Of a DNA stretch of 19,414 bases, positions 1 to 11,136 are shown one piece after another. Within the stretch, counting starts at the first letter, position 1. Each line of letters begins with the position of its first letter. A program made the position numbers and the translations under genes. The DNA is from Oopsacas minuta (lineage: Eukaryota; Animalia; Porifera), in NCBI GenBank assembly GCA_024704765.1, contig JAKMXF010000116.1:1-19414 (forward strand). The letters are read 5' to 3'. The notes beneath the pieces are model-generated. The model had not been told where the DNA came from. It was given only the letters and a program-made list of their open reading frames with translations, and made no database searches.

Positions 1-621
1 AATTATGATAAAGCAAGGGCAAGTATAAAGAAATCTCCATTTATTGAATATTTGGTAACTGATGTCTTAGATAACCGAATAGTAGGTTATCTATAAAAGT
101 TTTGAGTTATGGTTAACTCTTTTTCTTTATACAACATTTCATAAACCCTATTGAATGTCAGGTCTCTATTATTTTCAGATTTCTCTCCCATTGATAGTCA
201 CTAGTTACATGTATTTGTAGCAATTTTATTCAGAATGGATCCGTATTTACGTAGGTATTATGTTTTCTTCCAATCAATCATATGTGAATTTATTCGCAAA
301 GTATATTTGCCGATCACCCTTGACTAATTACACATTATGGTAACGCATATGGATTATTGGCATATCAATTGTTTGATCTTCTTGAGTCAACTAAGATTAA
401 ACAGTTGATATTGCCAGAAATCTATATGCGCTACTATGATGTGTAATTAGTCTGTTTACTACAAATCTATAGACTTGACTCAAACAAGCCAGTTTTCAAC
501 GTAAATTTCTCAAAAACTTTTGAATATTTTAACATAATATTTTAATTCAACACATGATCGTCCATACAGCAGAAATACATGTCCGTGAGGTAAAGAAAAA
601 ATAGTTTGATTAAGTATACTG

Positions 622-797
622 AATTCATATGTGAACTACTGCTGGTTAGATGCATCAATTTCTATTAGAAAAAATCAAAGTTCATAAAATATGAATTCAT
701 TTTCAGAAACGTCAGTATCTCTTCTTTCGAATGCTTCAAAAATATTTATATTTTACCATGGTAAGTTAGTCAAATTCATGGTTGAAGTACTGCTGGT
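622..797 (+). repeat. Pair of 25-nt imperfect direct repeats, 151 nt apart
   Basis: 622-646 aattcatatgtgaactactgctggt vs 773-797 aattcatggttgaagtactgctggt, 21/25 identical. Confidence 0.55.
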
Positions 798-1795
798 AGA
801 ATATTCAGCTAACTTCACACTCGTCAAAAATACTCCATAAGACAAAAAAACAGAAGTAAAAAGACAAATAATCCGTTTTTATATATATGCGAATTTCGAA
901 TAAACAATTTTTACACTGACTTGACGCCAAAAACCCGATGGAACAAATACTCGGTGTCAAACTAGACTGATTTCAACTATATACCCACTGCTTTCTTCCA
1001 AAGACATTTGTTCGCCCCTATGGACAATGATTTCCAAAAGTGAAGTTACTCCGTAAATGAAGCTCTAGTATTTTTATTTTGAATATAATGAATTTCATTT
1101 GCATGATGCCAATTTTATTGAAATATACAGTAAATTCAGTAAATTCTTGTTACTCATTCTGTTATTTTGTTAGAAACAGGACCTCCTCTCATCGATTATG
1201 TACCAGTACTACTGTAACTCTACTCTAGGTTGGGAGATGCTGGACTCTTGTATAATGATAATTCAAAACTGCTATTTTCATTGCGTAAACAAAACTGATT
1301 TCTAATTCAATTATTTGGTAAGATGATCAGTTTAGAATTTGAGAGATAAATTAATTAGTACATTGATTATGGAACTTAGCAAATATACATTTCAAGGATA
1401 GTTGCAATATTGGGTAGAAATATAATGAAACTACAAATAAGTTGATGTCAGCCCTCTATTTTGACGAGTAACACGTTATTAGATTTTGTCCATTTACAAT
1501 TGAAATTCTTCCTATTACTTTGTGTCAAAGTGGGTGAAGTTTATTGACCAATTATAGATGAATTTATGCTATGTATCTTAGCCTAAGCTAGAAATTATTG
1601 ATTGATTAATGATATTTCGATGATACTGATTGTAAAACTACAAAAATCCAATTATACTTATACGTATAATTACCAGTGATTATTTGTCATTTGAGTATGG
1701 ATAGCAACAGGCAGTATAGTTGTACTTTATCGTCCTCCTGCTGGTCTCAAGGTTTTATACCTAGAACCTGATAGTAATTGTTGCGTATATACTAT

Positions 1796-1822
1796 CAGTG
1801 GTACTCGGATAAGATCTACCTC
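1796..1822 (+). mobile_element. pogo/Tigger-like TIR relic (copy A)
   Basis: CAGTGGTACTCGGATAAGATCTACCTC matches 4711-4737 at 21/27 positions. A CAGT-start is typical of pogo/Tigger-type TIRs. No partner end found. Confidence 0.4.
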
Positions 1823-1847
1823 TTTGGAAAACAAAAATAAATACAAA

Positions 1848-2019
1848 CAATACACCCTCATTAATCCGAACATCACTATTCGAATTGTAAATAATTCCTT
1901 CGGTTAGTGAAATATATCGGAACGATAAAAAGGATCTAGGAGTTTATTTTTGAAGGGTGTACAGACGATGAAAAGGCTGACCTTTAAAGCATTTCCAAAG
2001 GATTAGCTAAGGTGTATTG
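1848..2019. mobile_element. 172-bp MITE, pogo/Tigger (TcMar)-like
   Basis: Left end CAATACACCCTCATTAATC (from 1848); the right end reverse-complements to CAATACACCTTAGCTAATC and is followed by TA (2020-2021). The first ~65 nt align with the start of the 16004-16267 element. Confidence 0.6.
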
Positions 2020-2236
2020 TATTGTCTATGTAGTGTAGGAGTTAGTATCCGATTAGATATTTTATGAAAGTATGCATTTACCAATTACTACTGTAATTAG
2101 ATTAGAATCTCTTAACTTTGCTTGTTTATGGGAGGCCTTAGAGGCTTAGACAATTTTTATGTTGATATGAAGAATTCTAAAACCAAAATTCATTGTCATA
2201 TAGAAACAGTTTTTATATACTCTTATGACAGATAAC

Positions 2237-2320
2237 TTCGATATAACCAGAGTTCGATATAGCAGGTATAATTATACGGTGTGTTTGAGGCATTTCGATA
2301 TACAGTTGTCCCTCGCATAA
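2237..2320. mobile_element. Cluster of pogo/Tigger-like terminal relics
   Basis: Three copies of TTCGATATA (2237, 2253, 2294), followed by TA-CAGTTGTCCCTCGCATAA (2301-2320), which looks like a TIR start. Only a weak candidate partner end near 2518-2536. Confidence 0.35.
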
Positions 2321-2916
2321 ATGTCGTAATATTTCAATCACTGGACAGACCCAAATTTCCCCTGAACTTTAATATATTAGGGCCACTTCATATGTTCAAA
2401 CAGCTATCCTTTCAACTAAATGCAATTTTTTACGGGACCAATTTGGGCTTAAAGTCCTCAAAGACAGGCACCTCAATTTTACAACCTCCCAAATCCGATA
2501 AATGCAACTATCTTCACCATTAGCGAGACTGCTATAGTTGCACAGGTAGTGCCTAAGCTTTATGGATTACTCAAGGAATTTCAAAAACATTCAAATATCC
2601 ATATCTGAGTTACGTATTCTAACAATCTTTACTAAATCTCACATTTTGTTCTATAAAATTTTGATAGTTACAATTAATTACTGTACTAAAATTTGTACCC
2701 TAGGTGTGATAATGCTGACGTAATTCTCCAAATTTCGCCTAAACAAGATGAACGATGGTCGTTTGAACTTATTAGTCCTTATGCGTCCAAATATATTCCT
2801 CATGTCTGAAAAACAAAGAATTTTACTTTTGAGGCCACCTGTTACTGTACTCTGTGGGAGTATATCTACAGTATATTTAACAGGCTATGATTATAATCTG
2901 GGTTTATCCAGATTTG

Positions 2917-2987
2917 TGTGCCTCAAGTAATATTACCAGTGGCATGTGTGTAGCAGTATTGAGGCACAGGAAGCAATTGCCTCCCCT
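2917..2987. mobile_element. Harbinger-like terminal relic with 10-bp inverted repeat
   Basis: CAG|TGGCATGTG at 2937, then GAGGCACAGGAAGCAATTGCCTCCCC. TGTGCCTCAA (2917-2926) and TTGAGGCACA (2959-2968) are a perfect inverted repeat. GCAATTGCCTC recurs at 16322-16332. Confidence 0.35.
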
Positions 2988-3167
2988 CGTATTAGAGCTT
3001 CTCCATATCTTTCTATTACAATCTCCTGACTCCTCTCTTCAGGATCACTATTTACAGCCCAGAGTACTACACTGAATCACATAAATTACCTTGGATGATA
3101 AAATATTGAAGTATCATGCTTTAGATTATAATGGATAATCCATGGATCGTATAGATCTATTGTAGAA

Positions 3168-3215
3168 CAGTGTTTCCAAACTAGTGGTCCTCGGAAGTAT
3201 CTCATTCGGCCACGA
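3168..3215 (+). mobile_element. Solo hAT/Charlie-like terminus
   Basis: CAGTGTTTCCAAACTAGTGGTCC resembles Charlie-type TIRs (CAGTGTTTCCCAAAC). The preceding 8 nt, TTGTAGAA (3160-3167), resemble the NTCTAGAN target consensus. No matching right end seen. Confidence 0.35.
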
Positions 3216-4710
3216 ACTGCCTCTTTTGCATTCATTTATATTTATCATTAGGTTTCTACTTGTTAACCATTAAAACTACTCTGAATTATAATAATCTTAA
3301 CGTCAGGATAGGATGTGGCATATGCAGAGGCATCTGTTCAAATTTGAACCAAATTTTGAAATCTCCAAAGTTGTTGCTTTTGTTTGTTGGGGTTTGGAGG
3401 GATTTTTGGATGTAACATGTTGCATGAAAATCGGAACATGTTATATTTCTTACAACAATTTTTCATGTAGGAATTCGTCCACATTCTCAGGGTTTTACTT
3501 CTAAAATAGTATTCTCTTTTTCATACGCCTGGGCTATACATATTGTATTAGACATGGAATCGAGTGTTTGCACAATTTTTGTACGCTTAGAGATACATAT
3601 GTGCATATTTTCAAGCTGAAATTATACGTACATACTCGGGCAGCATACACCTGGACCCTGGATAATATTACAAACTTTGATCAAACAAAAAGTTGCATTG
3701 TGTATGGTGAGCTTCATTATAGATGTTTATCTACAAATTCTTAAAAAATTGTCTAGAAAAATTTGATATGGTTCCTGAGTTATTGCGTAGAAATCTTGAA
3801 AATGACCATATATGGGCATATTCATGATTGTGACACAGAAGAGACATCATATCAAAGTGTACTTCAAGACAGTAGCGTAGACACGGTAGGGTCTCATAGG
3901 TAACTAGTATTACATATAAGCAATAGAAAATACGAACTCTTGCTCTCGGCCAATATTTATTGGTAGGTACTGCTCACATGACTCGAAAAGTATTGCAGCG
4001 GATGAGATGTTCCGCATAACTCTTCATGATGTTGATTTATGAATTTCCTAAAGAATGATAGAATAATGCAGAAATACTGAAAATGTTGAAATCTCGATTA
4101 TGATCCGTCCCCCAAAGAAACATTAATTGTATTGCTACTTGTATTATGCAAAAAGTACTTCTTTCGATTTCCCCCAAGAAATATATTTTTGGAAATCTCC
4201 TCATTGGGCTAACTGCAGAATTATAAATGTTTCACGCCGTATTTACGTGTATACTATTTTTTCAAAGCTGATAGACGTTTAGGGTGTCCAGGACATGTAA
4301 AGAATTTGTGAAATTATTGTCTATTTGCATGGCTTATCCAAATTTTACAAATAAGATATCTTTGTGACGCTGGAGCCATATCTTGGATAATTATCTAATA
4401 TAACTATTGGATATATATCTCAGGTAATCGAATCTAAGCAACTCAGTTATTTAGAAAATTTCATCGTTAGGCCATGTAAACTAAATTACTTCTCATTCGG
4501 AATTTCCACAGAAAATTGGATGGCGGACGGTATTTGACATTTATTTTGTGTTGGCTAATTATTATGTAAAGATTTTGACCATTCGAGTATTCCATTACAT
4601 TCTCTCTGGCATTAAAATATTGACTATTTCAACTATACAAGTATTGCACAATATGTGATCAAAGAATTATCCTGAATTCATACTGTTAAAACGCGATTTA
4701 TCTGTCTATA

Positions 4711-4737
4711 CAATAGAACTCGGATAAGACGTACTTC
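4711..4737 (+). mobile_element. pogo/Tigger-like TIR relic (copy B)
   Basis: TA|CAATAGAACTCGGATAAGACGTACTTC; 21/27 identical to 1796-1822. Confidence 0.4.
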
Positions 4738-4946
4738 AGTTAATACGTACTAATTTTGTAGATATGATCTTTCTCAGAATAGTCCAAATTTGCCTGCTAT
4801 TTATATTATTTTAATGTGTAATTAGATTCTTCTGATTGAATCTGTCTATAAGACATTGAATATTATTTTGCAAAATTTAATATTTTGCTGATGCACAATT
4901 TAACAATATGCAATGTATAAGCAAGCTATAGCTATTACATGTTACC

Positions 4947-5279
4947 CTAAGCATCATAGTAAGCTTCATTCTCTTCATAGAGATCCAAAAGAGCTAAAAA
5001 TTCTAAATCAATGATTTGTCCTCTCAGAAATTCTACTTCTTGAAGAAGAGCTTCATATTCTAGTAGCAGAGAATCTCTCAGTACCTCGAGACGTTTTTCT
5101 TTTGATTTCTTCTTTTGCCTTTGATCTTTATTGTATTTACACATTTTAATAAGTCGTCGAGATTGTTTTACATTCCTTGCCTCATCTGTTGTTAATCTTT
5201 TATCCTTTATCAAGCGATTTAGCTCTTTGATGCCCATGGTAGCTATGTTATTATTATTATTTGAAGCTATCATTACCAT
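4947..5279 (-). CDS. Small Maf-like bZIP protein (110 aa) with divergent basic region
   Basis: IATMGIKELNRL..LTTDEARNVKQSRRLIKMCKYNKDQRQKK aligns in register with the Maf extended homology and basic region (LVSMSVRELN...KQRRRTLKNRGYAASCRIKR). Leucines at 64, 71, 78, 85 and 92 form five heptads. Single ORF with an acidic tail. Confidence 0.85.
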   Translation of the reverse strand: MVMIASNNNNNIATMGIKELNRLIKDKRLTTDEARNVKQSRRLIKMCKYNKDQRQKKKSKEKRLEVLRDSLLLEYEALLQEVEFLRGQIIDLEFLALLDLYEENEAYYDA

Positions 5280-5306
5280 AATTCGAGGTAAACATAAAAT
5301 TCAGCT

Positions 5307-5315
5307 CTATATATA
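5307..5315 (-). promoter_or_regulatory. Possible TATA box for the Maf-like gene
   Basis: TATATATAG on the minus strand, 27 nt upstream of the first ATG. Short motif in AT-rich DNA, so weak. Confidence 0.2.
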
Positions 5316-6553
5316 CCGTATAACGTGGTGTCTTGGGTTCTTACATTAAATACTCTATATGAATCAATTAGTGTGAGGTTTCTAAACATGACTACTCTAA
5401 TAGCTGGAGATTTATATTATACACCTTATTAGTGCCAGGATTTATTCATCAGACATCAAAATAAGATTATTTCATTTATAGACTGAAGAGTATTGACCAT
5501 TTGACAAACTAAAATGAATACTTTATACAGAGTTAATTCATAATTACTGGCATTAGTGACATCGTTCTCAGCTTTTACCAGAGCATAATAATTAGTATAA
5601 TATGTGTCAGACAAGTAATAACGTTGGGAGAAAATAGTGAAGTATGTACCACACATAATGGTTATATAGAACGCAATTCCCCTGGTACTAAGTTAATTAT
5701 CTATCAATCTGTAATACATATTATAATTTCCATTATTCCATTTTCATTAGCACTACTCCATCATTATGTTTGAAACAGATGAACTTATTTGTTTTCTTCT
5801 CAATGTCTTAATGGAATACCACACAAGAACAACGTTTCAATGAATTTATTACCCATTGACTAAGCTAATTGATTTTGCTAATGATTTGTATTGTGTGGAC
5901 TAGTGAGTTAAGAATTATTCTAAATTTAAAATTATATTTACACTTAGCTATACAATTAGAGACGTTGAGCTTGAGATATGCATGTAAGCTACAATGATTG
6001 CTTCTGGCCAATGTCTGTAATTATCTCAATTTCAGAAGGAAAAGTGATCACCATTATTCTAGAGAAAGAAATTTGTTGGTTCTTGTAAATAAATCTTCGC
6101 CCACATCGCCGAGCGACAAATACACAGCCATTTGATAATGAACAAATGGACATAGTTGATCATAGGTTTGAAAGATGATAGAAGTACAATTAAAATTATG
6201 ACCCATTGCAATTCAATTGGTGGAATTGTTGACCGAACTCTAACAAGGCTTATCTTGGCATTTTTACTGTACCAACTATAGTATAGTATAGTGGCGCAGT
6301 TCTAAATGGGTGACTTTCTTAGTCGGTAGGTAGGATGTTTATATGTGTTCGCTCTCCTGTTCACACCTTTGGAGATTAAGACTCGAAATTTCTAATGTGT
6401 ACTCATAGTAACATCTAGTTATGCACCTGACACTTGAAATTATTTGATGTGTATATTTTCACACCTTTTAGGTGATTAATCATATTTCCATACATTTCTA
6501 TATAAAATTCAAAAGAATGCTAGAGATTAGGTTTCAACATGTTATCATGGGCT

Positions 6554-6709
6554 CAACAGACATATAGAGGTAATCAAGTACGCCGAATCCGATTTTCGCA
6601 TTTTCAAGTATGTTCTTCTTATGAATATAAAGTAAACAAATAATTGAAATATCATACACGTAGATAATTGCTCGCAACAGACATCTGAGGTACCAAATTA
6701 AGCTGAATC
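6554..6709 (+). repeat. Two diverged direct repeats about 120 nt apart, probably DNA-transposon subterminal motifs
   Basis: 6554-6589 caacagacatatagaggtaatcaagtacgccgaatc vs 6675-6709 caacagacatctgaggtaccaaattaagctgaatc. An inverted copy of 6567-6592 lies at 9163-9188 (22/26 identical). Confidence 0.5.
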
Positions 6710-8970
6710 TGGTGGATTTGAGATTAATTAAACAATAGTTAAGTATATGTATTTAAAACTCTACAATTTTTTTGGCCAATTTCTGAGATAGTAAATATAA
6801 ATTGACAGTCTCAGAAATGCTTTTTGACTTTCCTGTACTTCTTATCTATGGTTCAGGCCTGACCACTTTCCAATTTTGCTGCCTCCGGACCTGTAAAGAC
6901 TTATCGATACTTAACGGTTTATATTTGCAAACTATTCCCTAATCAAAATCTCATCAAAAATAGTTTTCTTAGCAAATCTGTCAGTAAATGATCCAATTTT
7001 GAGAATTGAGATTCTGTAACGAGTCAATTTATATAATAGGATCTAAGGCTGTTTCCGTACAAATATCAAAAATTATAATGTTCGCACTTTCCAGAGTTAT
7101 AGTAGTTACTAGTAAGGACACGGACTACTAGAATACACAGATGTGACAAAGTCAACCACAGAGAGGAATGCATAGACTGAACATTGATTTACCACAACTA
7201 CAGTCTTACTTGGATTTTTTTATTGAAATATCCCGCTGAGGGACAGTAGTACGTATATCTAATGACAGAAACTTTATCTCTTTCCTCCTTCATCTAGTTC
7301 ATAGTACAATATTTTGATTACCTACCATAAACCATGCATATTGTAATCTATATCATTTCCTATACATTATTAATATTCAATAAGGAATCAGCAGCCCTAC
7401 TATTGATTGACTTGCTAGTAGTCTCACCAGGTTGAGTCTTCACAGTTAGCTCTATTCATTAGTAGATTGCCATTTATGGAAACATAGACTGGCTGCAATT
7501 GATTCCCAGAATTCAAGCTCAACCGAGGAGGATTAACATATTACTATAGTAACATGACCTCACTGTTCCATCTTGACCCTCATTGTGTTCAGTTAATGTT
7601 TTCATTACATATATAAACTGTAGTGTATGCTTTCTCTTAAGATTTCTAAATTAATTGGTTTTATTTCTGTGTTCAATATACATACAAGTAAGTATTCTAA
7701 TTATATAATTCTTGTTTCCTTCAATTACTAGCACATCACTAGTTCACTTACCTGTTACTTCTGACAGGAGGCACCTGTATAACAACCACTTTATTAGTTA
7801 TCTTATACATTCCAGATTCTAGGCCTTGAGCATGATTCAACAACTTGAGCACATTTATTGCATTTAACTCTACTATTGTTCTAAAATTCTGATTTTCTAT
7901 AAAAGTGTGTAGTTATTTCTAGATGAGGTGCTTTCTAAAAAAATGACGTCGCCCAAAAAACAACCGCAAAGCGCCTTTGTGCAGGTTCCACACGCATTAG
8001 TGCAAAGTTTTAGAAAACAAACTCAAATCTGAGGTAGTCATCATACTGAATTGTTGGTTCTATATTAAATAAATTAATCTGTTATTTTTCATTTATCCAA
8101 ATATACTTTAATTATGACGTCATTATCTTTCCATTCAAAAAGTTTGATGAAGCTATTGACTTCTAGTTTGTTACTATTATACTAGACAAATATTGAATAG
8201 ATTAATAGTTTTATTGTGTTTTATTGAAAAAAGTAAGGTTAATTCTGAGATCCTGTCTGACCTTTCAGCAGCCATTTCATTGCCTTACATATTAAGTTGA
8301 TTACATTCTAGTTTCCACCAATTGGTGGTATTAAGGTATTCAAGTCAATTATCCGTTAGAATCATCATTTTATCACTACTAATTTACCACATTTTCTTTA
8401 TTACGAGCGTTTGGCTCGTCGCATTGTGCCTTGAGGTATCCATTATTCTCCAAATTGACGGCCCCTTTGAGTAGTATAATATATATATTTAGAACAATGT
8501 AATTCACAATTATACAATTATTTATTTATATTCATTATTATATTAGCTCTCAATAATTTGGGTTTCTAATTCCCTTTTAGCAGTACGGTGATTAATTTCA
8601 TTTTTTCCATATGACAGAATCAGTCCTACAATCTAATTATGTATAATTTCATTTATAAGTCCATTGCCTGCAATATACAATTCTGCATAATTCAGAATTA
8701 TCAATTAATGTAAATTACCGTGATTTAACAAAGGTCACAGACATACAGACAATCAATAAACGATATTTGACATTACAGATTATTACAATTATCTAAGATA
8801 TTAAATATTTCTACAAAATTTCATTCCATATTGCTGCCTCATAGTGAAATTTATTAGAATTAGCATGTACGTATTATTTAATTAGAGTTTAATGTTTAAA
8901 AATGAAGGAATCTACGCTTGTTAGTGATACATGAATAAGCCCTACACTCAACTTCGAGACATTCTAATTC

Positions 8971-9045
8971 CGAGCGCGCTTCGCTTGCTCGCGCTACAAG
9001 GTTGTGAACACTTTGTGTCCACACTCGGGCCTACTGCCCTCGAGT
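8971..9045. repeat. Two GC-rich hairpins in AT-rich DNA, probable non-autonomous transposon remnant
   Basis: 8971-8991 cgagcgcgcttcgcttgctcg (CGAGC/GCTCG outer stem, GCG-ctt-CGC inner stem). 9023-9045 actcgggc-ctact-gccctcgagt (8-bp stem with a 2-nt bulge). Confidence 0.55.
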
Positions 9046-9162
9046 AGATAAACTCATAATCTTAACCGTAGCAAACATGACCCTGCCATAATTTTTAAAT
9101 CTCCTTACTTATGTCCCCAAAAGTGAACAAATATTTAGGGAATGTTGTTAACAACACTATAT

Positions 9163-9188
9163 TCGGACTCAGCATACTCGATTACCTC
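9163..9188 (-). repeat. Inverted copy of the 6567-6592 motif
   Basis: tcggactcagcatactcgattacctc vs the reverse complement of 6567-6592, tcggattcggcgtacttgattacctc; 4 transitions. Short enough that chance is not fully excluded. Confidence 0.45.
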
Positions 9189-11100
9189 AGTATAACCATT
9201 GATATGTTTCCACCACAATTTTGATTTACCATATATTCATAAAAACAACAATAAATTTACATATGATAAACTTGCAAAGGCGAAATTCGTATTCAGCGTA
9301 CGTAGTTCAAATAATGCACTAATTACAAATGCTGATGCTTTATCTGCCCTCTACAAGCATTCTTAGGGGTGTATAGCAATGGAATGTTCTCTTCCTTGAC
9401 CTAATTGATTAATGAAATTAGTTTTTGAAAGATATTCTAGATCCAGTCTTCACATATTGTGGTTTCTACATTCTAATAAGTAACTAACTAAATCTATATT
9501 ACTAGTGTACATAAGAGATATTCCAGCAACCTATTTAGTGACGTGAATTATGAAGTTGCTGGGGATTTGTATGCAGCAACCTAGGTAACTGGTTAGAAAC
9601 CTACTAAATTATTGAATATGAGTAATACTATTTCTTGGGTTTTTATGAATACTGGTGGCTTAGTTACGAACATTGCCAAAGATGGAACCGATAGAGATTT
9701 TCTTGGCCTAACCCAACCGGTCAATCCCCCCCAGCTAACAATATATACAAGTATAATGGGAAAATAATATTTCATGAAAGTATGGATTAAATATTATAGG
9801 TATAAACCATATTGAATGGAATCTTGACCGGTACCCCACCCGGCCGGTTCCATCTCTGGTCTTGAGTCATTTTAACGACACAACTAGTAAAAAATTCATG
9901 TAGGAAACTCTTATAAATTCATTAGGGTTCAAAAATATCTAGAATTATAGTAACACAATTTGAAAGGTAACTCATTCTTTGGTTACACAAAATCAGCCAG
10001 TCAAACTAGACCGGCCGGTCATGCAGAACCGGTTTCATCTCTGAACGTTGCACTCAAGACATATCGATATGTTCCCCGTAGCCCTATGATATTACGAATA
10101 CTATGTGACTATTACAAATGATCTATTATTGCTCGTCCCTGAGTTTACACATTAATTTATATATATATATCATTAATGTAGGTTGATAACCTTGTATCTC
10201 TTAGGTAAACATTCAAACTCTAATCTATCTGTTCTCGTTTATAACCAGATAGTGAATCATAAACGTTTGCAATACATTTATGCATGTCTTGCTCAGTAAT
10301 ACAATTTTTCCTATAAAAGAATTCTATTCCCTAATAAGGAATAAACTGACTAAATTCATACAGCATTGTAGATCATTAGCTATTGTTGAATTTGTCTAGC
10401 AGTGCATATGCATTCTGGTTTCTAGTTCAAATTCTCGTAATCTAGTACATTTCAAACCATAATTTCCTATCTGTAACTGATAATCGGCCGAGTGATACCC
10501 AGTAAATCTCTCCAAATAGTCATCTGATGTAAACCAAAGCCATCTTACATCAGGTTGTTAAATAAGGCAGCAGTTGCGTTGGTTATTCAGAAGCCCTTTT
10601 ATGTTTTATCACATATTCTACACTACAGGCAACCAGATAACTTCGTTCCTAGTTTTCTATGTGCATATATATGCCTTGCATTTAGATGGAAGCAAGTTTA
10701 ATTTTTGCTTCTTTCAATTTATCACATATATAGACACACATATAGTGTATAAATAAATCTGAACCTACTACCTCAGCTGCCGCATAACACATGTTCAATT
10801 CAAAACTGCAAAGTTGTATGACATCTTTTTGTTCAGGGAACTTTTGTGAAATTCGCACAACGCCTCAGTCCTTTGTTCTAACTAATGCCTATAGTGACAG
10901 ACTTGTACACACGACCTGTAGCATATAGATCACCTTACAGGTATATAAATGCCCTTATCAGTGTTTCTTACATTGCTCTGGTTATTACGCGATTGTTGTT
11001 TATAAGATTTTACAATTATTTGTCTCAACAATATTCTGATTTACGGAATTTTATTCAAAATATATATTAGTTGATTTGGCTAATAGATTAAATTGTGAAT

Positions 11101-11133
11101 TATTCTCTCTAGCTACTACTTCTCATGGTTTGA
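11101..11133 (+). promoter_or_regulatory. Likely 5'UTR splice acceptor plus a 2-codon uORF before the RhoGEF start
   Basis: Pyrimidine tract tattctctctAG ends at 11112. ATG GTT TGA at 11125-11133 is in frame with, and 3 nt before, the main ATG at 11137. Confidence 0.4.
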
Positions 11134-11136
11134 AAC

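Noticed and set aside
1-1320. Exon-like GT/AG-bounded segments (e.g. 1-54 NYDKARASIKKSPFIEYL, 221-250 QFYSEWIRIY, 707-760, donors at 590, 761 and 1318)
   Set aside because: I could not assemble them into a recognisable protein. Such signals are common in AT-rich DNA, though a real multi-exon gene is not excluded.
1695-1907. Startless ~70-codon open frame on +, and a sulfatase-like word (LIRVPLIVY) on -
   Set aside because: Overlaps TIR/MITE sequence; no further domain support.
2281-3504. Short ORFs 2281, 2748, 2887 and 3313 from the track
   Set aside because: No recognisable motifs; 2281 and 2887 overlap transposon relics, and their lengths are expected by chance.
241-4248. Exact 12-mer CCGTATTTACGT at 241 and 4237
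   Set aside because: Several 12-mer repeats are expected by chance in 19 kb, and the flanks do not align.
5131-5656. ORFs 5131-5349 (+) and 5456-5656 (-)
   Set aside because: The first is the antisense shadow of the Maf-like gene; the second has no recognisable features.
5980-6280. Possible decayed LINE reverse-transcriptase fragment (HIAERQIHSHL, GLKDDRST)
   Set aside because: The resemblance is spread over different frames with many stops and wrong spacing.
6292-6357. tRNA/SINE-like A-box (TGGCGCAGTTC) with a B-box-like GTTCGCTCTCC
   Set aside because: The B-box mismatches the consensus, and I could not form a cloverleaf.
7200-8460. Minus-strand exon-like pieces, a BEL-like word (GQDGTVRS) and an HMG-like word (PKKQPQSAF) on +
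   Set aside because: Isolated 8-10 residue resemblances with no continuing domain.
8315-9156. 14-bp palindromes CCACCAATTGGTGG (8315-8328) and TGTTGTTAACAACA (9143-9156)
   Set aside because: Isolated, with no associated structure; a few such palindromes are expected by chance.
383-9869. AP-1 sites (383, 476, 9863), CRE palindrome (8114-8123) and half-MARE (4886) as possible Maf/bZIP autoregulation
   Set aside because: Short motifs at roughly chance frequency; copies also occur inside the RhoGEF CDS.
9593-11070. ORFs 9593, 10574 and 10885
   Set aside because: About 60 aa, AT-driven composition, no motifs.
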